This document shows, piece after piece, positions 55,679 through 62,276 of a DNA stretch of 64,000 nucleotides. Both the position numbers and the translations under genes were made by a program. How positions within the stretch are numbered: position 1 is the first letter of the stretch; each line of letters starts with the position of its first letter. The DNA is taken from the NCBI GenBank assembly GCA_045627785.1, contig JAZQOF010000004.1, forward strand, positions 117,948 to 181,947, written 5' to 3'. Source of the DNA: Bacteroidales bacterium. Its GTDB lineage: Bacteria; Bacteroidota; Bacteroidia; Bacteroidales; UBA3663. The notes beneath the pieces were generated by a model. That model saw only the letters and a program-made list of their open reading frames with translations, did not search any database and was not told the origin of the DNA.

Positions 55679-57061
55679 TCAGCCTACAAGAAAGCCCATC
55701 GCCACAAAACCTATGGTGGCAATGGCGGCACCAATCAGCGCATACGGCAACTGAGTCATGGCGTGATCGATATTATCAACGTCACAGGTTGAACTTGAGA
55801 GTACCGTCGCATCGGCATAGAAACAAGCATGACTGCCAAATACACCACCAGACACCACAGCTCCTAGGACGAGCAGGACGTTGGCCCCCACGGCAATGGC
55901 AAGCGGCACGACGATAGAGATGGCTATTATTTCAATGCCCCAGAAAGAACTGGTCACGAATGTCAATGCAGCAATGACGATGAAGGTAATCGCAGCAATC
56001 AGATGCGCATCCATCAGCGGCTCCACCAGCGAGATGACGTACTCTGGCATCATCATATCGCTCGACACACGCTTGGTCATAAAGCAGGCCAACAGGATAC
56101 CCAGCACTGGCAGCATATCTTTGTACCCATCCCAGAAAAGTTCGACAAATCGGGTGAATGACATCTTCTTACGTGGCAGATAGAGCAACATACAGCTTGC
56201 CAATGTGCTGACGATGGCTATAAACATATCGGAGGTATAGACAGTGACGCTGATCAATACCGCCATCGGAGCCAGAAAGTCAAAGATATTTCCATCTTCC
56301 TTCTTGGCATTGAGTTCCGAATATGCACAGACATCCGACTTCTGCGCCTCCTCAATGATCTGACGCGCCTTCACCTTACTCTCAGCCATGCGCTCGTAAG
56401 CCTTCTTCATCGGCCCGATCTTCGGTAGCCAACCCATCGCAAAGAGGAACACCACGATCAATGCAGCAAACGGATAGAACATAAACGGTACGGCCTGATA
56501 ATACACATCCAAGCCCGACGTAAAGCCTACATCCATGAGTGAAGGATCCTGACCGAACATACCCGAGTAGAACACCACCCAGGTCGAGAGTGGCAGGATG
56601 GCACAGACAGGCGCACCCGTCGAGTCGATGATGTATGCCAGTGCCTCACGTGGCAGTCGCTTCTTGTCGAAGAGCCCCTTCATGCAAGTACCCACGGTCA
56701 TGACATTCAGATAGTCATCCACAAAGATCACAATACCCATCAGCAACGACATCAGCATGATCGAGCGTTCACTCCGGCAGTAACGGCTGATGAAGTTGGA
56801 GAATCCCAACGTGCCCCTTACTTCTCGCAGCAGGAAGATCAGGCCTCCGAACATGCCGCAGAGCAGCAGGATATATAAGTTGTCGCGATTGCTGCACTCT
56901 TCAATCAGCATCTCACACCACGGCACCAGGAACCCTGCACCATGCATGAGAATATATCCTACCAATGTACCTAAGATCAGCGCCTCAAACGACTTCTTGG
57001 TCTTCAACGCAAACACAAGCATCACCAGCGGCGGCACCAACGATATTATACCGTACTCCAT
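55679..57061 (-). CDS. nhaC: NhaC family Na+/H+ (or substrate/cation) antiporter
   Basis: 460 aa with about 11-12 TM helices. The N-terminus MEYGIISLVPPLVMLVFALKTKKSFEALILG is typical of the NhaC family. Confidence 0.8.
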   Translation of the reverse strand: MEYGIISLVPPLVMLVFALKTKKSFEALILGTLVGYILMHGAGFLVPWCEMLIEECSNRDNLYILLLCGMFGGLIFLLREVRGTLGFSNFISRYCRSERSIMLMSLLMGIVIFVDDYLNVMTVGTCMKGLFDKKRLPREALAYIIDSTGAPVCAILPLSTWVVFYSGMFGQDPSLMDVGFTSGLDVYYQAVPFMFYPFAALIVVFLFAMGWLPKIGPMKKAYERMAESKVKARQIIEEAQKSDVCAYSELNAKKEDGNIFDFLAPMAVLISVTVYTSDMFIAIVSTLASCMLLYLPRKKMSFTRFVELFWDGYKDMLPVLGILLACFMTKRVSSDMMMPEYVISLVEPLMDAHLIAAITFIVIAALTFVTSSFWGIEIIAISIVVPLAIAVGANVLLVLGAVVSGGVFGSHACFYADATVLSSSTCDVDNIDHAMTQLPYALIGAAIATIGFVAMGFLVG

Positions 57062-57121
57062 TATTTCATTGTTAGTTATTTAGTCCATTGGACGGATATG
57101 AATTTATAGAAATTTTCAATG

Positions 57122-57129
57122 CAAATATA
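57122..57129 (-). promoter_or_regulatory. -7 box (TATATTTG) for nhaC
   Basis: The minus-strand sequence matches TAnnTTTG and lies about 61 nt upstream of the nhaC ATG. Confidence 0.45.
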
Positions 57130-57152
57130 CTCATTTTTCATAAAAATATACT

Positions 57153-57163
57153 TGCAAAACGTC
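57153..57163 (+). promoter_or_regulatory. Single TGCAAAACGTC element in the nhaC / PSD-like divergent promoter region
   Basis: An exact 11-mer starts 71 bp upstream of the -7 box at 57224. An inverted partial copy (GTTTTGCA) lies at about 57194. Confidence 0.45.
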
Positions 57164-57223
57164 TAAAAATTAGGTGTTAAATAAAAAAACTATGTTTTGC
57201 AGGTGTTTTCCCATGTAAAATTA

Positions 57224-57231
57224 TTAACTTT
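57224..57231 (+). promoter_or_regulatory. -7 box (TAACTTTG) for the PSD-like operon
   Basis: It matches TAnnTTTG and ends 33 nt before the ATG at 57264. Confidence 0.5.
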
Positions 57232-57263
57232 GGGCGCATTTTTAAGTTATAATATTATAAAAT

Positions 57264-58532
57264 ATGAAATTGAAAACATTCTGGGCAAGCGCCCTTGCCC
57301 TCTGTATTGTCTTTTTTTCTTCGTGCGAAAAGGATAGCAATATCGAGCCTGAAAAGCAATACTCAGCGTTTACCGAATCTTTTATCTCGATGGTCAATAA
57401 CAATAGTGAGCTGAAGAGTCTGCTGACCGAGAGCATCGAACTGTGTCGCAAGCAAAACCCTGACAAGGAGAGCAATCCGGTGCAGAGTCTCAGCGACTAC
57501 TACGACCTGGTGGAGTGGAGTATAAAGTGCATGCCTTGGGAGATCTTCCCACAGCCAGCCGGACGTGATCTCTTTAACCGTATCGACCAGAGTCTTAATT
57601 ATTTTTACTGGCTCGTCGATCAGGATCTCGATGCACTAAAGGATAAGGATTACTACCATCCATCTCTTCAGTATCATGAGCCATTCCGCACCTGGCTGGT
57701 TGACTATACCAAGGAGTGGGGTCGCTACCTCTCTACTCCTGACAGCTGGAATGCAGATTATCTCAAGATAGTCAAAGATAACGAGAAATTCGGTCTCGGC
57801 CAAGGTTGGTACGAAGATCCAAGCCAGTGGAACAGCTTCAACGATTTCTTTGCCCGCCGTCTCTCTTCGCCTTCGGTACGTCCGATATCCGATCCTTCTG
57901 ACCCTTCGGTAGTAGCAAGCCCTGCTGACAGTGAGCCTCAGGGCATCTGGGCCATCGATAGTGAAGGCCTGATGGTGCAGAAGGAGGGTGTTGTTATCAA
58001 GTCACGCCGTTACCGTTCGACCGAAGAACTGATGGCCAACAGCCAATATCGCTCAGACTTCAAGAATGGTACAATGACACATACGTTCCTCAACGTTCAC
58101 GACTACCATCGCTACCATTTCCCGATGAGTGGCAAGATCCTCGAGATCATAGATATACCTGGCGATGAAGCCATCGGTGGCGATGTAGTGTATGATGATG
58201 CTACCAAGACCTATATCATAGAGTGTGAAGTACCTCAGTGGCAGGCTATCGAGACACGACAGCTCGTAGTGCTGGAAACAGAGTTTGGCAAGGTGGCAGT
58301 CATGCCTATCGGTATGTCTCAGATCTGCTCTTGCAACTGGACTCCAGGCCTGAAGGTCGGTGACGAGGTGAAGAAGGGTGATCAGATGGGATATTTCCTC
58401 TTTGGCGGCTCAGACATCGTGCTTCTGTTCCAGTCAGATGTCGAAGTGACCATGGCCTGCCCAGAGAATAAGAATGGCGGATTTGAACATGTGCTGATGG
58501 GAGAGAAGCTCTGTGTACTGAAGCATAAGTAA
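57264..58532 (+). CDS. Exported (lipoprotein) phosphatidylserine-decarboxylase-family / PsiD-like pyruvoyl-dependent decarboxylase
   Basis: 422 aa with a lipobox (VFFSSC followed by EKD). The C-terminal PSD fold has FFARRL..RPI and the self-cleavage-type motif GYFLFGGSDIVLLF. A roughly 180 aa N-terminal extra domain resembles the long PSD/PsiD-like forms. Confidence 0.7.
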   Translation: MKLKTFWASALALCIVFFSSCEKDSNIEPEKQYSAFTESFISMVNNNSELKSLLTESIELCRKQNPDKESNPVQSLSDYYDLVEWSIKCMPWEIFPQPAGRDLFNRIDQSLNYFYWLVDQDLDALKDKDYYHPSLQYHEPFRTWLVDYTKEWGRYLSTPDSWNADYLKIVKDNEKFGLGQGWYEDPSQWNSFNDFFARRLSSPSVRPISDPSDPSVVASPADSEPQGIWAIDSEGLMVQKEGVVIKSRRYRSTEELMANSQYRSDFKNGTMTHTFLNVHDYHRYHFPMSGKILEIIDIPGDEAIGGDVVYDDATKTYIIECEVPQWQAIETRQLVVLETEFGKVAVMPIGMSQICSCNWTPGLKVGDEVKKGDQMGYFLFGGSDIVLLFQSDVEVTMACPENKNGGFEHVLMGEKLCVLKHK

Positions 58533-58624
58533 TATCTTATTCTCCACCTGGGCGGCATGCAGGGGCATTACACATTTTACTGAAAGCTATAAGTTTTACA
58601 GTAAGAAATAAAATTCTTAAATTC

Positions 58625-60265
58625 GTGAAAAGAATAATAACCCTTATCTCGTTAGCGTTAGCAATGACAATGCAGGTCATCGCTCAGGACTGGCGTGATG
58701 AGCTCCTTTCAAGTAATGCAGGTGTCATCGACTCGATTACATCGGTGCAGGATACCTCGTATGTGTCGGATAACTTCAGATCATATATGATCTATTACAA
58801 GCAGCCGCTGAATCATGATGTTCCGGAAGAAGGGACCATTTCTCTTCGAGCACTTTTTATCACAAACCTCATGGGCGGCAATTTCGTCGACAATATGATA
58901 CAGATGTCAATAGGAGGATATGAGTTAGATAAAAGTATCGTAAAATCTCCTGATTCCTGGGCAGAGTATAGTGGCTTTACAAAGTCTATGGGTGAGCTTA
59001 TCGGAAACTTCGGACATCTTCTCATGCCAGAACATCGTTTCTACGGAGAGTCTTGTCCCAAAGACTTTGCTCAATACCTGAGTCACTGCAATGCCAAGGA
59101 GGCAGCAGCTGACTTTCATGCACTGGCTGAGGCAATGAAGAAAGTCTTCCATGGAAAATGGTTGATGTCGGGTGTCAGCAAAGGTGGTATGGCTACTGCT
59201 ATTCAGCATGCATATTACCCTGATGATGCAGACTGCTACGTTTGCTATGTCGCACCTTTCATTGACGGTACCAACGACTTGCGTCCACAGGAATACTGGC
59301 TCACAAAGAGCTGGACTCCAGAACTGCGTGATCATGCATTACACATACAGAAAGAGATACTTAATCGTCCGACAGTCAAGGAGTATGTCATAAATAATGT
59401 TCTTTTTCATCTCGATCCGGATGAAATACGTGATCAATGTGAATTCCTGCAAAATACCGTTTGTCTGCTGGATGCCTATTCTCATCAATATACTGATCGC
59501 GACTCAATTGAGGATATCTTCAGCAGCAATAAGAAGATACTTGAGGAACGTGGTCTCTCTGACTATTCAGACGAGATGCTTGAATACATGGTCAATAATC
59601 ACAGCTATGCCCTTGACAGCGGTTTTGTAAAATTTGAAAAATTTGAAAATCTGAATGATGAGGACGAAAATGAATCTACAACACGTAGTGATAGTGCGCC
59701 TAGTGATTTTAAACAAGACGATGTCTTTTCCTATCAGTGTGTGACTGAACTCGGATATTTCGGCATTAATTGGGATTACTACTATAACACAAAGGCTGAG
59801 GCTGATTCTGTAGCCGACATGTGGAATAGCTATCTCCCGAACAGCCTTTGCCTGAATTCAAGTGAATACTTGCGTACACTTGAGTATGATCCTTCGGTAA
59901 TGAACTTTGTAAAGCAGAAGATTACCGAAACAAAGAAGCCAATTCTCTTTCTCTATGGTGAGGATGATCCTTGGACAGGAGCTGCCATTGACGATGAGTA
60001 TGTCAACGGTGACAATGTCCGCAAGTTTATCCTTCCAGCACAATGCCACACTGCAAGTCTGTTTAAGATATTGCCAAGTGACAGTGCGTTGTCTGATGAA
60101 ATACACAGCTTTATCGACAAAGCATTATCCACTCAAGCCTCAGCTATCAGCAGCATCAGTGCAGATGAAACCAACTCTGACATATATGACCTCAATGGTC
60201 GTCGTATGAATGGTGTGCCTGAGCGTGGCATCTTCGTGCAAAAGGGCAAGAAAGTGATTAAGTAA
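58625..60265 (+). CDS. S28/S37-like alpha/beta-hydrolase serine peptidase with T9SS sorting domain
   Basis: 546 aa with a GTG start, which is needed for the signal peptide MKRIITLISLALAMTMQVIAQ. It has PEHRFYGES (S28-like) and the nucleophile elbow GVSKGGMA (S37-like). The Por tail is DIYDLNGRRMNGVPERGIFVQKGKKVI. Confidence 0.65.
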   Translation: MKRIITLISLALAMTMQVIAQDWRDELLSSNAGVIDSITSVQDTSYVSDNFRSYMIYYKQPLNHDVPEEGTISLRALFITNLMGGNFVDNMIQMSIGGYELDKSIVKSPDSWAEYSGFTKSMGELIGNFGHLLMPEHRFYGESCPKDFAQYLSHCNAKEAAADFHALAEAMKKVFHGKWLMSGVSKGGMATAIQHAYYPDDADCYVCYVAPFIDGTNDLRPQEYWLTKSWTPELRDHALHIQKEILNRPTVKEYVINNVLFHLDPDEIRDQCEFLQNTVCLLDAYSHQYTDRDSIEDIFSSNKKILEERGLSDYSDEMLEYMVNNHSYALDSGFVKFEKFENLNDEDENESTTRSDSAPSDFKQDDVFSYQCVTELGYFGINWDYYYNTKAEADSVADMWNSYLPNSLCLNSSEYLRTLEYDPSVMNFVKQKITETKKPILFLYGEDDPWTGAAIDDEYVNGDNVRKFILPAQCHTASLFKILPSDSALSDEIHSFIDKALSTQASAISSISADETNSDIYDLNGRRMNGVPERGIFVQKGKKVIK

Positions 60266-60307
60266 CAGCCTTTGTGAAATTATATGATATAATAATTAAT
60301 TATTAAT

Positions 60308-60315
60308 TAACTTTG
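60308..60315 (+). promoter_or_regulatory. -7 box (TAACTTTG) for small lipoprotein paralog 3
   Basis: It matches TAnnTTTG. The surrounding roughly 90 bp is nearly identical to the promoter of paralog 2. Confidence 0.45.
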
Positions 60316-60358
60316 CATTGATATAATAATATAAAAATTAATTTTCAATCTTACAAAA

Positions 60359-60889
60359 ATGAAGAAATTCTTTTCAATTTTCAGTGTTATGGCAGTAGTT
60401 ATTGCTGCTATGTCGTTTGTATCTTGCAGCAAGGACAGTGATGATCCTATTGTTGATGAACCAAAGCCAGAGATTTTTAAGGGTGTTAACTATTTTCTAA
60501 TAGTTAATGAAGATTTTTTCAAATATGGTGATGTAGAAGTAACAGTTACCACTGACGGTATGGAAGAAGTTTATTCTTTCCTTCAAGTTGCTAAAAAGGA
60601 AACTCTTGATATATGGTATGCTGAAAAGACTGAAAAAAATGCCCCAATTCGTAAAATTGATGCAAATTTTCCATACAAGAAAAATATCAAGATTTCTGCT
60701 AAGTTTATTTTAACAGATGAAGGCAAGAAGCTTGTTGAAGCAGCTTCTGATGAAGAAGACTTTGATTTCTTTGCTGAAGATTCTTTTGATGGAGCAAGTA
60801 ATTATCTTTCAAATACAAGTGCTTATGTTAAAACTCTTGAAGGGTATTTATCTATTATGAATGAATATGCTACTCATTCAGCTAATTAA
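60359..60889 (+). CDS. Small lipoprotein, paralog 3 of 3 (orphan: no protease downstream)
   Basis: 176 aa with a lipobox (MSFVSC followed by SKDSDD). The promoter and signal-peptide DNA are almost identical to the 49887 copy. Confidence 0.75.
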   Translation: MKKFFSIFSVMAVVIAAMSFVSCSKDSDDPIVDEPKPEIFKGVNYFLIVNEDFFKYGDVEVTVTTDGMEEVYSFLQVAKKETLDIWYAEKTEKNAPIRKIDANFPYKKNIKISAKFILTDEGKKLVEAASDEEDFDFFAEDSFDGASNYLSNTSAYVKTLEGYLSIMNEYATHSAN

Positions 60890-60892
60890 ATA

Positions 60893-60925
60893 TAAAAAAC
60901 AACTTGTTCATGATGGCGAGGATAA
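60893..60925 (+). pseudogene. Second deletion scar: start of the nucleotidase gene fused to the terminator repeat
   Basis: AACTTGTTCATGATGGCGAGGA aligns with the 50436-50458 region. It is joined directly to ATAACAAATACAGCC, which in cassette 2 lies downstream of the C10 stop (54613). Confidence 0.45.
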
Positions 60926-60960
60926 CAAATACAGCCGAGAGAAAATCTTCTTTCGGCTGT
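60921..60960. repeat. Hairpin-containing intergenic repeat, copy C
   Basis: The sequence is GATAACAAATACAGCCGAGAG AAAATCT TCTTTCGGCTGT. The right flank ATCACTTTTAAATGTTGCAGCT is shared with copy B. Confidence 0.75.
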
Positions 60961-60980
60961 ATTCTTTTAATCAATCACTT

Positions 60981-61118
60981 TTAAATGTTGCAGCTCTGTA
61001 CGCCGAACACTGTAGCTACGGCAGTGAGGATCGTAGTGACGAGCTTGAGCAGCCACCACCACTTGTTGTGTCTATTCGGCTGCATCTCTTCGATTTCATC
61101 AAATTCTCTTAATGACAT
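60981..61118 (-). CDS. Unannotated small membrane peptide (45 aa; 34 aa from the internal Met), resembling the Bacteroidales 'smalltalk'-type peptides
   Basis: Hand translation gives MSLREFDEIEEMQPNRHNKWWWLLKLVTTILTAVATVFGVQSCNI. It has one TM helix followed by a C-terminal Cys motif. It lies downstream of the amidase and hypothetical genes on the same strand. It is absent from the ORF track because it is under 60 aa. Confidence 0.45.
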   Translation of the reverse strand: MSLREFDEIEEMQPNRHNKWWWLLKLVTTILTAVATVFGVQSCNI

Positions 61119-61188
61119 AATTTTAGAAGTTTTGAACACAAATTAGGATTTTTATTGAACGTGAATTAGGAGTTTTTTTTGGAACATA

Positions 61189-61289
61189 AATTAGGAACGA
61201 ATTAGGAAAAAATTATATTGACGGAAAGATTTACGAAAGATTAATGGTGATTGACGTTTAAAAAATTCATTCCTAATTCGTTCCTAATT
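61189..61289. repeat. 101-bp element with perfect 20-bp terminal inverted repeats (MITE-like or invertible segment)
   Basis: AATTAGGAACGAATTAGGAA at 61189-61208 and its exact reverse complement at 61270-61289 flank a 61-bp core. Extra AATTAGGA copies lie at about 61141 and 61164. Confidence 0.65.
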
Positions 61290-61300
61290 CGTGTTTATAT

Positions 61301-62110
61301 TTATAAGTTTTCGTTTTCGTTTTCGTTTTCGTTATCGTTTTCGTTATCACTATCCGGATCGACATCTGGAGATGATGTAGAATACTTCCACTTGAATTCC
61401 TTCACCGCCTGATTGATCTGATCAAGACACAAGCCGCACTCAGAGATCTGAAGTTGCGCAGACTCATCGACAGAGTCGTCGATGAACTCATTGGCACGTC
61501 CACCGATGTAATAGACGCACTGCATGTAGATTGCCTCACACTTCTGACGGCAGTCATCTGCCTTGACATCCTGGGCACGTTCGCCAAGACGACCGATGTA
61601 GGCCTGCTCGAACAGCTTATTTGCCTTGTCGAGCTCCAGCACATCCTGCTTGATGCCGATCTCCTCGACATACTCCTTGATGTATCGGTCGATGTCAGCA
61701 ACGAAGCCGGCGATCTTAGCCGATTCGACCTGAGCGGCGTCTGAGATGATCGAGATAGGATAGACGTTAAGGAGACGAGTCTCGATGGTCTTCAACACAT
61801 CGCTTGTCAAACCGCCTGTTGTGTGTGTCTCATAGAGCAATGCACGGAGCTTATAGATCACAGCGCGGAAGTAGTTGTCACGCTTGATGTCGTTGGCTTC
61901 GAGTTCCTTGGTGTACTCAGACGCACGTGTGCGTGACACGATGAGCTGTTCCTCTGACACAGCTTTTGTGAAGCTCTCAAAGAGACCTTCCTTCATACCC
62001 ATACGCTCAGTGCCGTGTTCGTTGATGATTGCCACGATAGTGTTCATGTACGAGACATGAAGTGCGTTGGAAAGTTTTCCAAAACTGATTTTTGATATTG
62101 TCTTAATCAT
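61301..62110 (-). CDS. Hypothetical protein with acidic (NE)n C-terminus; alternative upstream start at 62236
   Basis: The helical body starts at MIKTISKISFGKLSNALHVSY (Met 79 of the track ORF). An upstream in-frame ATG at 62236 overlaps the amidase stop (ATGA) but lies within tandem repeats. The 62344 start would overlap the amidase gene by about 110 nt. Confidence 0.55.
   Translation of the reverse strand: MIKTISKISFGKLSNALHVSYMNTIVAIINEHGTERMGMKEGLFESFTKAVSEEQLIVSRTRASEYTKELEANDIKRDNYFRAVIYKLRALLYETHTTGGLTSDVLKTIETRLLNVYPISIISDAAQVESAKIAGFVADIDRYIKEYVEEIGIKQDVLELDKANKLFEQAYIGRLGERAQDVKADDCRQKCEAIYMQCVYYIGGRANEFIDDSVDESAQLQISECGLCLDQINQAVKEFKWKYSTSSPDVDPDSDNENDNENENENENL
61307..61348. repeat. 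Hexanucleotide tandem repeat (GTTTTC/GTTATC) x7 encoding the (NE/ND)n tail
   Basis: Direct reading gives GTTTTC x4, GTTATC, GTTTTC, GTTATC. Confidence 0.85.
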
Positions 62111-62115
62111 ATTCT

Positions 62116-62147
62116 TAATTGATAATTGATAATTGATAATTGATAAT
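62116..62147. repeat. Heptanucleotide tandem repeat (AATTGAT) x4.5
   Basis: The sequence is AATTGATAATTGATAATTGATAATTGATAATAAC. It lies immediately upstream (gene sense) of the 62110 start codon. Coordinates are accurate to within 1 nt. Confidence 0.85.
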
Positions 62148-62150
62148 AAC

Positions 62151-62276
62151 GTTTCCGAGTTCTCAAAAGTCCGATTTCCATTCGGAGATTTCATTTCCGA
62201 GTTCTCGGAAGTCCGATCTCCGTTTGGAGATTTCATTTTTGACTTCTCGGAAGTCCATTCTCCAAATAGGAATAGT
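62151..62276. repeat. 42-bp tandem repeat, about 3 units, each with an internal hairpin/palindrome
   Basis: The unit is TTTCCGAGTTCTCGGAAGTCCGATCTCCGTTTGGAGATTTCA. Units 1 and 2 are near-identical. Unit 3 is diverged and encodes the amidase C-terminus. Coordinates are accurate to within 1 nt. Confidence 0.8.

Noticed and set aside
57119-57129. TGCAAATATAC as a degenerate distal copy of the upstream element at the 57.1k promoter.
   Set aside because: It is better explained as the nhaC -7 box (TATATTTG) read on the minus strand.
54622-60960. Whether the three near-identical hairpins are a CRISPR-like array.
   Set aside because: There are only three copies, at irregular 0.8-kb and 5.5-kb spacing. 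They have extended flanking homology and enclose whole genes. No cas genes are present.
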